In this document: piece after piece, positions 19,277 through 29,411 of the stretch
Layout of the letters: the number at the start of each line of letters is the position of its first letter
How positions within the stretch are numbered: position 1 is the stretch's first letter
Source: a bacterium
GTDB lineage: Bacteria; SAR324; XYD2-FULL-50-16
NCBI GenBank assembly: GCA_024275165.1
Contig: JAJRZQ010000036.1
Location: 16,293 to 80,292 of the forward strand
Direction: 5' to 3'
Length of the DNA stretch: 64,000 nt
Made by a program: the position numbers and the translations under genes
Notes under the pieces: model-generated
Told to the model about the DNA's origin: nothing
Database searches by the model: none
The model's input: the letters and a program-made list of their open reading frames with translations, nothing else

Positions 19277-21088
19277 TTATAAAGGTGGCTCTCTTAGTTC
19301 GGCCCCTTCTAGGTTTGCGCCTTTTGTCCGAATCTCGTCGTAAATCGCTAAAGAGAGATCCAGTTTCTTTAAATTCGCGCCGCTGAAGTCCGCATGATTG
19401 AGATACACCCCCTGACAACGGGCTCGAACCAGGTCTGCTTGGCGAAAATTCGCCTTTTGAGCCTCCGCGTTCTCCAAGCGGGCTCGACTCAATTTGCATT
19501 GTACAAAACAAGCCTCATTGAAGTTGCCGGCGGTCAAATTGGCTCCTTGTAAATTGCCTTGGCTAAAGTCCGCTTTCAAGGCCTGTACATGGCTTAGATT
19601 TGCCTTCACCCAATTGCAGCCCTGCGCTTGTACCTCGGATAAATCCGCTCCCTGCAAAAGCCCCTTGGGCCAGTTTGTCGCTTGTAAATTCGCCCCCATC
19701 AATTTTGCCTCCTCCAGCACGATTTTCCTCCCTTTGGAAAAAGAGAGATCCGCGCGGCTTAAATCAGCTTGAGCCCACCTCGTCTTTTTTACCTTTGCTT
19801 TACTTAAACTCGCGCCGGTAAAATCGCTTTGGCTCAAGTCGGCATATTTCAGGCAGGCCTCTTCTAAGTGGGCGAAACGAAAGTCGGCCTCAACCCCCTG
19901 GGCGGATTGAAATTGAGCTTTCCGCGCCCTGCACATCACAAAACTGGCCCCCTGCAATCGGCAGTGCGTTAGCTTTGCTTCTTTTAGGTTCGCCTCCTTG
20001 AACGAGGCCCCTTGCAGGTTGGCCCCCGCTAAATTTGCCTTAGAGAGGTCCGCCCCCTGTAAAATCGCGCCGCTTAAGTTGATTTTTTTAAAAGAGATCC
20101 CACCCCAGGGCGCTTTTGGCCAGATTAATCCGCTTAAATCGCGCCCTTTCAGCCAACGGGGCTGAAGCTTAGCCCCTTCTAAATTGGCTTCTGCCCAATG
20201 GCAATGAAAGGGGGAGGCCTGTTCCCAATTTGTGGCGCGCAAATCCGCCCCCCTAAAATCCGCTCCTTTGAGCCGCGCCCCGATCAATTTAGCGGCAATC
20301 AGTATCCCTTTGGAAAAGATTGCCCCTGGAGCAAGCACGCCCCTTAAGTCTGCTCCAGTCAAATCGGCACCTGTTAAATCCGCGTGAGCCAACCGACTTT
20401 GCCCCAGCAGGGCATGGTTTAACTTCGCCCCCTGCAAACGGGCCTGGCGCAGGTCCGCCCCTTCTAAATGAGCGCTGCGCAAATGCGCCTGTTCCAGGTT
20501 CGCCCCGCGCAAATTGGCCCCTTGCAGATTGATTTGGTTTAAAATCGCCCCCTTTAAGGTTACCCCAGAAAGCTTTGCCCCCTGAAGTTGCACCCCTTCT
20601 AAATTAATCAGGTACAGGGTCGCCCCCTCTAAATTCGCCCCCTCAAGCCGGGCGTAACGGAGCATGGCGCGAGACAACAAAGCCCCCCTCAGTTTCGCCT
20701 GAGAAAGATTGGCCGCTAAGAACACAGCGCCCGTTAGGTCGGCACCGCTTAAGTCCGCTTTGACTAAATTCGCCCCCATCCACTGCGCGGCCTGCGCCCG
20801 AACCCCCTTCAGCTTGGCCTGAGCCAAGCGGCCCTTGCTTAGGTTGGCATGGGCTAGATTCGCGCCGCTCAAGTCCGCTTTTTGAAAAATCGCCCCATGC
20901 AAGTCGGCTTTAAAAAAATTAGCCCCACGCAAATCAGCACCCTGGAACACGGAAAAAGCTAAATTGGCCTCGCAAAAATCAAAGCCTCTTAGTTTTTGAC
21001 CGATAAACACGGCCCGACGGCCCTTGGTTTTATCCTCGAGCCAGTCTTGATGTTCTTTTAAAACAATAGCGATGCTTTTTCGTTCCAT
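19277..21088 (-). CDS. Long pentapeptide-repeat protein (~600 aa)
   Basis: A(D/N)LxG units over nearly the whole length; N-terminal LKEHQDWL. Confidence 0.92.
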   Translation of the reverse strand: MERKSIAIVLKEHQDWLEDKTKGRRAVFIGQKLRGFDFCEANLAFSVFQGADLRGANFFKADLHGAIFQKADLSGANLAHANLSKGRLAQAKLKGVRAQAAQWMGANLVKADLSGADLTGAVFLAANLSQAKLRGALLSRAMLRYARLEGANLEGATLYLINLEGVQLQGAKLSGVTLKGAILNQINLQGANLRGANLEQAHLRSAHLEGADLRQARLQGAKLNHALLGQSRLAHADLTGADLTGADLRGVLAPGAIFSKGILIAAKLIGARLKGADFRGADLRATNWEQASPFHCHWAEANLEGAKLQPRWLKGRDLSGLIWPKAPWGGISFKKINLSGAILQGADLSKANLAGANLQGASFKEANLKEAKLTHCRLQGASFVMCRARKAQFQSAQGVEADFRFAHLEEACLKYADLSQSDFTGASLSKAKVKKTRWAQADLSRADLSFSKGRKIVLEEAKLMGANLQATNWPKGLLQGADLSEVQAQGCNWVKANLSHVQALKADFSQGNLQGANLTAGNFNEACFVQCKLSRARLENAEAQKANFRQADLVRARCQGVYLNHADFSGANLKKLDLSLAIYDEIRTKGANLEGAELREPPL

Positions 21089-21210
21089 GGGGTTCCACTT
21101 CGATCCCCCAGAGGAATAGCGTGCGGGGTTTAATGACTCGGTTTCAAAATAGCAAATTGGCCTCACTTGGCAAAGAAGGAAAAAAAGAACTTGCCTCCGC
21201 AAGCGCTCCG

Positions 21211-21269
21211 CTATTTCAATATGCTCCGCAGGCTGGGGCTGAGAGCCCCAGACCCCAATGGTTTTTTAA
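21211..21269. repeat. 59-bp REP-like repeat, copy B
   Basis: Inverted copy of 13783-13841. Confidence 0.85.
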
Positions 21270-21302
21270 AATCAGAAATTATATAAGAACCTCATTAGTA
21301 AA

Positions 21303-21437
21303 GGAAACTCTGAAAAATGCGGAGTTTCCCAGCAAGACATGGATACCTTGCCAAATCAAAAAGTGTAACTTATTAAGTTGCATTGAGGTTGGGACTTTAA
21401 TTCCAACGCTTGAAATTGAAAAACTCCAAAAAGTTCC
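21303..21437. mobile_element. Degenerate, shortened MITE copy 3
   Basis: GGAAACTCTGAAAAATGCGGAG...CCTTGCCAAATCAAAAA...CTTATT aligns with about half of copies 1 and 2; the hairpin half is missing. Confidence 0.75.
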
Positions 21438-21586
21438 TCAATGTAGGGGCAGGTAAAGCAAAAGGAATCCCTTGCAAGACAATTCAAACTTTGGAGTTTT
21501 CCCCAAGGCCCGGAAATAAAATCGCTAAAGAAGCGCTCTCCGAATTGCAATCCTTTCGCGTATAGAGGATAATCAAAAAATACAGC

Positions 21587-22003
21587 TTAGTTTGGGCTTA
21601 AGCCAGAGCGTTGCGCTACCTTGGCTTGAAACTCAAAAATTCTCTGAATTTTTTCATTTAAGACCTGCGCGTCATAAGGCTTGGTCATATAATTCGTTGC
21701 TCCCGCTCGCATGGCCGACATGATATTTTCCGGCTCCTCATCCGCCGTAACCAATAAAATAGGTAATTGCCGCCAACGCTCATTCGCGCGAATCGCGGCA
21801 ACCAACTCCAGACCGTTCATTTTCGGCATGATCCAATCCGAAATAATTAAATCAAACTCTTCATCCTCCATTTTTTCCAAGGCTTCCACCCCGTCTTCAA
21901 CCAGTTCGACATCCATAAAACCGATATTGCGTAAAATTTTTTTAACCAGCATCCTGGTTCCTACGGAGTCTTCAGCGACTAAAATGCGAATGTCTTTATC
22001 CAT
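21587..22003 (-). CDS. CheY-like single-domain response regulator
   Basis: ILVAED, IISDWIMPKMNG, LVTA, TKPY. Confidence 0.9.
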   Translation of the reverse strand: MDKDIRILVAEDSVGTRMLVKKILRNIGFMDVELVEDGVEALEKMEDEEFDLIISDWIMPKMNGLELVAAIRANERWRQLPILLVTADEEPENIMSAMRAGATNYMTKPYDAQVLNEKIQRIFEFQAKVAQRSGLSPN

Positions 22004-22095
22004 GATTCATTCAATGTTTCAAACAACTTGGGTAGTGAAGAAATTCAATCTTAAATTTACCTTCTTTTCTTCCCTTTGTCATCCTTCCATGAACC

Positions 22096-24192
22096 ATGAC
22101 TGACGAACAAAAATTGCAAAACTTGCTCCATAGCCTGCAAAAAACCTTAGAAAACGCGGAACCCTCCATCCGGGTGCGCAGTCTGCAAACCCTCTTGGAT
22201 TTCAAAAGAGAACTTTTTAAAGATAAAACCATTGAGGAATTCTTTGTTGGCGATCCAAGCTTTTTTTCCCCCATCGCCCCGGACCCGGAAAGAGAAGAAC
22301 AAGAAAAAAAAACAAAACAAAAATTACTTTGTTACTTGCAACGGTTAAAAGAAACCCCTTCTTTAGTGCGTTTTTTGGTCGGTTTTGCCGAATTGGTTCC
22401 CTTTGAGGCCGGGCAAACCCTAATCTATGCGGACAAGGTTCCAGAGGGTTTGTTGATCTTTCCCGCCAGCTTAGAGGTGAAACTCCCTACAGGGGGCTCG
22501 ATTCAACGCTCTGCCGCGCTTTTAGGGGGCCTTTCCCTCTCCCAACCGCCCCGCGCCTCGCAAATCACCTGCATCGCGCGACAGGCCTGTACGGCCCTGC
22601 TCTTACCGGCTGAAAAACTGCAACCGATCTTATGTCTACACCCCGACTTACAAGAAGCCCTCTTTGATGAAATCTTGCAAGAAGAAGAACAAGAACTCTC
22701 CGACGCCTTGCGCGATGGAGGAATATGCCAAGAGCAACAACGCCAGATTCGAGCGATGATCAACAACATGGGCCAAGCGGTCTTTACCCTCGACCCCAAT
22801 GGAGAAATCGGTGAGTTCTCCGGTTTGGCGGCTCGGTTTTTAGGTTATGAAGACCTAACGGGCCGCCCCTTTGCCGATCTAGTGCTGCGTCAAAATGAAA
22901 AAAAACTCAAATCCTATTATCGCGCTTTACGCCTGCTCCATAGCGGCAACCGGCTTGATCCGGGCGTTGTCTTAAGCCTTCTTCCCGCTGAGCTTACCTT
23001 GAATGAAGCCCATTATCGCTTCCATTACCAAATCATTGAAGACATTCAAGGCTATGTCTTAAATCTCATTGTGCGGATGGAAGAGATCAGTAAAGAACTC
23101 GAAATGGCCCGGATGCGGCAAGCCGCGGAAGAAGAGCGGGAAAAGGAACAGCATATTTTAGATCAGGTTCGTAACAACATCGGCAGTTTTTTAAACCTCT
23201 TGGAATTGATTGAGGAAAATCAAACAACCTTAAAAAAGTACCAAAAAGACTTTGTCGATCCTTTACTTCCCCCCGACCAGCAGCAGACCCAAAGCTTAGT
23301 CAACAGCCTGCACACCATCAAAGGGCTTTGCAGTCAGTTTGAAATCACCCCTTTAAAAACAGCGGCCCATCAGATGGAAGGCGCGGTGCGGGCCTTTGCC
23401 TTAACCCCCTCCCAAAAAGCCGCAAGCTTTAAGGAGCAGCAAAAACAATTAAAAAAACAATACCGCTACACCCAAAGCTTAGTCGAATCCCTAGGAGAAA
23501 AGGTGCTTTCGATCTTACGAGGGATTCACTTTAGTCCTGCGGAGTTCGACCAGCTCCGCCAAGCGGTCGATGAACAAAATTGGAAGCAAGCAAAGTGGCA
23601 ATTGCAAAAAAAGATCGACCTCCCCCTCAGCGCCATTGCCGAGGGGTGGGAAAAAGATATTGCCCAATTGGCGGGGCAACTGGGCAAAGAAGTCGCCTTT
23701 GAGGTTCAAGGAGACGAAAATCTACTCCTCCCCATCGCTTGGGTCAAAACCTTAAACGCGGAATTGCGTCATATCTATCGCAATGCCTTAGACCACGGTT
23801 TTGAAACCCCCAAAGAGCGCACCCAAGCGAAAAAACCGCCCCAAGGCCAACTCCGTTTAGAGGCAAACGAAAAACCAGGAATGTTAGAACTCACCTTGAG
23901 CGATGACGGAAGGGGAATCGACTTCACTCAAATCATTGCTCTGGCCAAGAAAAAACCGGAACTCGATCAAGCCGTGATTGAGGATTTAATCCATCAAAAC
24001 GAGGCCTGGCGGATTTTATTGCTTCCTGGATTTTCCTCGGCAAAACAGCTGAGCAGCATCAGCGGGCGAGGGGTGGGCCTGGACGCGGTCGAGCAGGCTT
24101 TGGCAAAACTCGGGGGCACTTTAAAAATTGAAACTGAAAAAGGAAAAGGCAGCCGCTTCATCATCCAGCTTCCTTGGGCAGGAAAAGGCTAG
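22096..24192 (+). CDS. CheA-like kinase (cNMP-like, PAS-like, HPt, HATPase; no CheW domain)
   Basis: LHTIKG, HIYRNALDHGFE, DDGRG, LPGFSS...SGRGVGLD. Confidence 0.82.
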   Translation: MTDEQKLQNLLHSLQKTLENAEPSIRVRSLQTLLDFKRELFKDKTIEEFFVGDPSFFSPIAPDPEREEQEKKTKQKLLCYLQRLKETPSLVRFLVGFAELVPFEAGQTLIYADKVPEGLLIFPASLEVKLPTGGSIQRSAALLGGLSLSQPPRASQITCIARQACTALLLPAEKLQPILCLHPDLQEALFDEILQEEEQELSDALRDGGICQEQQRQIRAMINNMGQAVFTLDPNGEIGEFSGLAARFLGYEDLTGRPFADLVLRQNEKKLKSYYRALRLLHSGNRLDPGVVLSLLPAELTLNEAHYRFHYQIIEDIQGYVLNLIVRMEEISKELEMARMRQAAEEEREKEQHILDQVRNNIGSFLNLLELIEENQTTLKKYQKDFVDPLLPPDQQQTQSLVNSLHTIKGLCSQFEITPLKTAAHQMEGAVRAFALTPSQKAASFKEQQKQLKKQYRYTQSLVESLGEKVLSILRGIHFSPAEFDQLRQAVDEQNWKQAKWQLQKKIDLPLSAIAEGWEKDIAQLAGQLGKEVAFEVQGDENLLLPIAWVKTLNAELRHIYRNALDHGFETPKERTQAKKPPQGQLRLEANEKPGMLELTLSDDGRGIDFTQIIALAKKKPELDQAVIEDLIHQNEAWRILLLPGFSSAKQLSSISGRGVGLDAVEQALAKLGGTLKIETEKGKGSRFIIQLPWAGKG

Positions 24193-25532
24193 ACGGATTT
24201 CAAGCTTAAAAAAATATCCATCGCCTGCTCCCCAAAAATCTCATAGGGGTCGTAATCTTTGGCAATCTTGCGCTCTTTTTCCAAAGCGAGATCCAGCATC
24301 GGATTGGGCTTGAGGTCCTTACCGCTCCCATCGCGCACCAAAACAACCTGGGGGCGTTTTAAGTCTTTTTGCGGCACCTTTAAGACAAAACCGAGACTCC
24401 CATCGTCTAACTCCACCAAGCTGCCCACAGGGTAATAACCCATAGCCTGCACAAAGTCATCCCATACCTTTTCATCCAACTCCACACCGGCCAAGGCTTC
24501 AATAAAACGAATGGCGGCGGGGGCGGACCAAGATTTTTTATAACTCCTGCGACCAATCAACGCCTGATAGATATCAATGATGGCCAGCAATCTGGTTTCA
24601 TAAAGCATGTCCGCGTACTTAAACCCCACCGGATAGCTCGCGAAATTGGATTCATCCATTTTTACATGATGATAACCCGCTAGATTAACACAATAATCGG
24701 GCAAACCCAGTTCTTTTAAAAGCTCAATAGAGTGGGTCGGATGCGCGCGCATGGCTTCCATCTCCGGGCTATTTCTCTCAAAGCGCACCGTAGATTCTAA
24801 AATCTCTTTGGGTACCTTAGATTTTCCCAGATCATGCAAAATCGCCGCCAACAAAAGCTCATGCTCACTTTGAAAAATACCTTTTTCCCCCTTGTTTTGC
24901 ATGATCTTTTTATAGACACCTAAATAAATCACCCCGACATCCACACAATGGGCATAGGTTTGATCGCTCTGCTTCAAGCTCGCCAAACTACTCATGGCCG
25001 CGCCAAAAGAGCTTTCGATGATCTGCTCGACTAAGCCCTCGACCTCATTAAGCTTCATCACCCCCTTGGCAATGTTATCCATCAACTGCTCAACGGCCTT
25101 GCTCGCGTTTTCCCGCACCGCCACGCTTTTTTTGGCTTTCGCCACAAAGCTATTGGCTTCGCGTGCCGCCTGTTGCCGTTGCTCTTCTTTGGTGGAAGGG
25201 CGCACCAAAAATTGTTTAAAACCCTGACGCTGCAACTCACGAATCAATTTCTGGGTCACATGAACAAGATGATGCAATCGAGAGGGGAGTTCTTCCACCT
25301 GCATCAGCAGGTCTCCCTCTTTTACCTGATCCACCCGGACCACCTGCTCATTGCCACCTCGAGTCACCTTTGCCTTCGCGCCGGGAAAATTGTGAGATAC
25401 CCATTGGCAAGACTTTGCGTCCAAAAGACCTAGCTTTTCAACCAGCCCCTGGTAGGCAACAATGTTCATTCCTTCTTCTAGTTGGGCGATCCCCACCTCT
25501 TTGACATTCTCACTCATTCCATACCTATCCAT
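24189..25532 (-). CDS. HD-GYP-type phosphohydrolase
   Basis: YAHCVDV, LHDLGK, YHH..ASYP, DIYQAL..RRSYKK, GYYPVGSLVEL. Confidence 0.85.
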   Translation of the reverse strand: MDRYGMSENVKEVGIAQLEEGMNIVAYQGLVEKLGLLDAKSCQWVSHNFPGAKAKVTRGGNEQVVRVDQVKEGDLLMQVEELPSRLHHLVHVTQKLIRELQRQGFKQFLVRPSTKEEQRQQAAREANSFVAKAKKSVAVRENASKAVEQLMDNIAKGVMKLNEVEGLVEQIIESSFGAAMSSLASLKQSDQTYAHCVDVGVIYLGVYKKIMQNKGEKGIFQSEHELLLAAILHDLGKSKVPKEILESTVRFERNSPEMEAMRAHPTHSIELLKELGLPDYCVNLAGYHHVKMDESNFASYPVGFKYADMLYETRLLAIIDIYQALIGRRSYKKSWSAPAAIRFIEALAGVELDEKVWDDFVQAMGYYPVGSLVELDDGSLGFVLKVPQKDLKRPQVVLVRDGSGKDLKPNPMLDLALEKERKIAKDYDPYEIFGEQAMDIFLSLKSV

Positions 25533-25597
25533 TAAATCGAAGGAACCATAAATCTAAATCAGTTTGTATAAATTGGCAAACTCATCACTAAAAACAC

Positions 25598-26881
25598 TTA
25601 AGGAGAATTGCGGATAATACGCTCCTTGATGCGATGCACCCCATACCACACGCTGAGTAAAACCACAGGGATACTGATCGCGCTGATGATTTCCGCATTG
25701 AGCCTCAGCCCCAACTTTTCACCCCCTTTGAGTAAAATTTTGAGCAAGCTCACCATATAATAGCTGATCGCCGCGATCGAAAGACCTTCCACCGCCTCTT
25801 GCAACCTCAATTGCAGCTTCCCCCGCGCGTCTAAGGAGAGCAGCAAGGCTTGGTTTTGCTCTTCCAACCTCAGACTGATTGAGGTTCCCAATAACTCGCT
25901 TGCCTGTTCGATTCGGCCTGCCAATTCCTCAATGCGCGCTCTCACAACCCGGCAGGTTCGTTCCGCCGGAGTGAGCCGCCGCCGCAAAAAATCACCCAAG
26001 GTCAGATGACCGGCAAGCTTTTCTTCTTCCAAACCCAATAAAATTTCCTGCGCCAATTTAAAATAGGCGTCGGTGGCCCCAAAGCGAAAGGAGTGGGCAC
26101 GCAGTTCCGTCACGGCAATGGACATTTCGGTTAATTTAGAAAGTAGGCTTTGCTCGTCTTCTAAACTTTGAATCTGTTTAATCTGATCCGCCACCAAGAT
26201 CAACGAATAATCCATGCGATTGAGCGTCGGCGAAATTTGCCTCGCCAAGGGAAGCGCCAACAAAGCTAAGATGCGATAGGTCTCCAACTCCAATAAACGC
26301 TGCACCACTCGCCCCGTCTGGGCCTCGCCCAGTTGATCGCTTAAAACCAGATAGCGGCCGCAGCCGTCTTCATGGAGGTCTAAAGAAGACCAAACCTCTG
26401 CCCCACCTCGGCGTACCCGACTCCCCACAATCGCCTTGCCCGAAAAAAGCTGGTGAATGCGCTGATGATCGTATTTCTTCTGGGCCGAGTCCACCACCAA
26501 GTGCGTTGAAATCAAGAGTTTACCGGGAATCCCCTCCATCCACGCAGGAGGAATGCGTTTTAAGGGAGGATTGGAAAAGGGCTCTTGATACAACCCCGCC
26601 TCAAAAAAAGCGTAACTGGAAAACTCCCCGTGCCGCTGCCAGCGAACCCGCACAGTGCCTAAGTTTTCCGTATAGGAAAGGCAACCGGGCTCTGGGGTCG
26701 GCGCTTGAAAATCTTGGGCCAAACGGCAAAGATGGGCTCGCTCCTGCTCGGCCGTGGCCGCGCCAAAAGGGACGACCAATAAGCTAACCCGACAGGGTGT
26801 GGGCAACCTGGGGAAAGGTCTGGAATGACTCTCTTGATAGAGCGCCTCCTTTAAGGGATGCATTTTTTCCGGGCTAAGCAT
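25598..26881 (-). CDS. DUF3422 family membrane-anchored protein
   Basis: E.H.RPF, RW.RH.EF, GRVVQRLLELETYR, QLRLQEAVEGLSIAAISYY. Confidence 0.9.
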   Translation of the reverse strand: MLSPEKMHPLKEALYQESHSRPFPRLPTPCRVSLLVVPFGAATAEQERAHLCRLAQDFQAPTPEPGCLSYTENLGTVRVRWQRHGEFSSYAFFEAGLYQEPFSNPPLKRIPPAWMEGIPGKLLISTHLVVDSAQKKYDHQRIHQLFSGKAIVGSRVRRGGAEVWSSLDLHEDGCGRYLVLSDQLGEAQTGRVVQRLLELETYRILALLALPLARQISPTLNRMDYSLILVADQIKQIQSLEDEQSLLSKLTEMSIAVTELRAHSFRFGATDAYFKLAQEILLGLEEEKLAGHLTLGDFLRRRLTPAERTCRVVRARIEELAGRIEQASELLGTSISLRLEEQNQALLLSLDARGKLQLRLQEAVEGLSIAAISYYMVSLLKILLKGGEKLGLRLNAEIISAISIPVVLLSVWYGVHRIKERIIRNSP

Positions 26882-26943
26882 CGTATTTCTCCTATAGGGA
26901 CAGTTAGTATGACGATAGCCCTAAAAAAGCGCAATGGGCTAAA

Positions 26944-27785
26944 TTACCTAGACAGGCTTTCTGCTTGCAGAGAATAGTGATCTTTCGCTAAACGAAAGGG
27001 CTGGGTCAAAAGTCGCTCAAGGCGTAATTCCTTTGGGTCTCGCAAGATCGTCAAGCCGATGGTTTCGCCCTCATGGCCCGCTGCGGGCTGGGAGTGATAG
27101 GTGCCAAAAAAATAATCCCACCAAGAAAGATTAAAACCAAAATTACTATTGGTCTCTCGGGTTAATACGGAGTGATGAACCCGATGAAAGTCCGGGGTCA
27201 CCAAGCAAAGCCGCAGGAGGCGATCAAGGCCCAAAGGAAGCTTGATGTTTCCATGGTTGAACATGGCCATGCCATTGAGCAAGACCTCAAACAAAATCAC
27301 CGCTTCAACGCTTGCCCCTAAAACCCCGACCACAACAAGCTTAATCCCCATGGAAAGGAAGATTTCTACTGGATGAAACCGCGCGCCTGTGGTGACATCA
27401 TAATCCAAATCAGCATGATGCATCCGATGGAACCGCCAAAACAGGGGAACCGCATGCGCCATGACATGCTGAAAATAGATCGCCATATCCAGCAAAACCA
27501 CAGCGAGCGCCACCTCGACCCCCTGCCCCAACGCAGCCAGTTCAGCAGGCCGAACTGATTTTGGGAGGCATAAAGCGCCATCCCCGTTGCCATCAAAGGC
27601 ATCCCCAATCGCAACAACAAACTGTTGAGCATCACCAAAGCCAGATTGTTCAACCAGCGTACCCCCTTGCTTTGGGTCAGTTTACGGCGTGGAGCAACCC
27701 CCTCCCAAACCGCCACGAGGGCAAAGATTCCAAAAAAGGCGCTGAGCCGGACCCAGGTCTCGTTTATCAGGAGAAAGTTTTCCAT
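26944..27785 (-). pseudogene. Sterol desaturase/fatty acid hydroxylase family protein, frameshifted near 27534
   Basis: N-terminal half in ORF 27366..27788; C-terminal half with His boxes (QHVMAH, FHRMHH, FNHGN, FHRVHHS) in ORF 26944..27531. One inserted G restores NWLALGQGVEV. Confidence 0.85.
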
Positions 27786-27896
27786 CACAACCGCTGCTTG
27801 AAATAAGTTTAAAAAGCTTGATTTTGGGCCATTCTTCTTGAAGGAACCTCTAAATTACAAAAAAAATTCATTCTTCCGGCAAGCAAAACAACTCTG

Positions 27897-28421
27897 CTAC
27901 AGGTTTCCCAACAGCTCCAGCAAACGACTTCCATCCTTAAAGTCTTCCTGCATCAGCACCTGCCCGGCCGGATTGAGTACCACGGTAGTGGACATGGTTC
28001 CGGAAAAGGCCCGCGTCAACGAGCCGTCGGTATCCACCAAAACCTGTGTTTTTTGATAGCCTGAGGCTTGCTGCGCCTGCCTGGCCCCCTCAATGGTTCC
28101 AGAAACAAAATCAACCAGCAGCAGCCGCGCTTGGGGGAATTGCGGCATCACCCGCAGTAGATGATCGGTATGGCTGTTGCAGACAGGGCACCACATGGTA
28201 AAATATAAAACCAAACCCTTGGCCTGGGCCGCTGCTTCCTGCAGCTTGACCTGGGCCCCTTGACTATCGGTGGCGATCAACCCCTGCAAGGGGCCTGATT
28301 GCGTTGTTGCCTCCCCTAGACGGTGATCCTTCCCGCTAGGCAGTAAATCCCCACTCACTTCCTTGCAGCCAAAAAGCCCTAGGAGCAAGAACAAGCAAAA
28401 AAGCTTTTTAATGGAACACAT
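27897..28421 (-). CDS. Thioredoxin-fold (TlpA/peroxiredoxin-like) lipoprotein
   Basis: Lipobox LFGC; LYFTMWCPVCNSH. Confidence 0.82.
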   Translation of the reverse strand: MCSIKKLFCLFLLLGLFGCKEVSGDLLPSGKDHRLGEATTQSGPLQGLIATDSQGAQVKLQEAAAQAKGLVLYFTMWCPVCNSHTDHLLRVMPQFPQARLLLVDFVSGTIEGARQAQQASGYQKTQVLVDTDGSLTRAFSGTMSTTVVLNPAGQVLMQEDFKDGSRLLELLGNL

Positions 28422-29364
28422 GAGTCACCTCAAAACTAAAGGTTTTTGTAATCGGAAAATTGGTTCCCCTCCCTTGCGCCCGCAAGGCTTGATTCAATTG
28501 AGTTTTATAGACCCAGGTTTTTTCCGCGTTGGAGTAACTGAAAGCCCACCCCCAAGCCTGGCGCAGCATCCCCGTGCCTTCGTTCAACTGGTGATTGATC
28601 CTCGCCGCCCCTTCTTGCAAATGGCTGAGGTTGGTATTGAGGGTGACTTCATCCAGGTTGGTCAAAAACCAAGTGTAGCTCACACTGGCCCCGCTTTGGA
28701 ATCGGTTCCCCAATTGCTTTAAATAGGGGGCGACCCATTTGCCGTACTCTTGATTGACCATCCGAGGCACATGCCACCCCACCCCCCCTGAGAGGCTCGC
28801 GCTCCAGGGGTAAATGGTTTTTTCCACCAAGGCGGTCGCCTCGAAACGATAAAAGCCCCTACCCGTAATATCGAAACTACTCGTTACCGAGTCATAAGGC
28901 GATATCCCCGTGGGAACCACCAATTTGAGCCCAAAGTAACTCGCCGGCAACCAATCTCTCGGCCTTTGGATTTGATACACACAGGTGATCTGATCAAAGT
29001 TTTCATACAAAAGCCCTAGGGTTAGGTCCCCCACCCCTTGGGTGTTGCCGCTCACCCCGGAATATTGGTTTTGATTCGCCACCCAAGAAGTCGTTGCGTT
29101 TCCCTGCCAATTGGAGGACAGACGGTAACCCACCCCGAAGTTCAGACGCCTTTGCATTAAATTGGAACCCGGCGGATCAGGGATCACCTCGCCTTGTCCA
29201 TTCCAAAAGCCCTGGTAATCTTCTTCCGCCAAACCGAGGCTCATCGCGGCGGGCATGAATTTTGGAAGGGTCACCCCTCCGCCGCTTCCGCCACCACAGC
29301 AGCTTGCCGCCCAGAGCGGCCCCACCCAGAGCAGGGAGATAAAAATAAAAAATAAGCTTTTCAT
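28408..29364 (-). CDS. Outer-membrane beta-barrel 'transporter' with N-terminal CC motif
   Basis: Signal peptide then ASCCGGG; GVGDLTL, GLKLVVPTG, amphipathic strands, ends in THVFH. Confidence 0.7.
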   Translation of the reverse strand: MKSLFFIFISLLWVGPLWAASCCGGGSGGGVTLPKFMPAAMSLGLAEEDYQGFWNGQGEVIPDPPGSNLMQRRLNFGVGYRLSSNWQGNATTSWVANQNQYSGVSGNTQGVGDLTLGLLYENFDQITCVYQIQRPRDWLPASYFGLKLVVPTGISPYDSVTSSFDITGRGFYRFEATALVEKTIYPWSASLSGGVGWHVPRMVNQEYGKWVAPYLKQLGNRFQSGASVSYTWFLTNLDEVTLNTNLSHLQEGAARINHQLNEGTGMLRQAWGWAFSYSNAEKTWVYKTQLNQALRAQGRGTNFPITKTFSFEVTHVFH

Positions 29365-29411
29365 GTTGTTTTTTGAAACGCCCGCCGGGGCCTTGCCCCG
29401 GCAAGCAATTT

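Noticed and set aside
19277..21088. Qnr-type quinolone resistance gene
   Set aside because: Three times too long, with no specific similarity beyond the generic repeat
27842..27856. Another MITE end (GGAACCTCTAAA)
   Set aside because: Match is too short and has no internal homology
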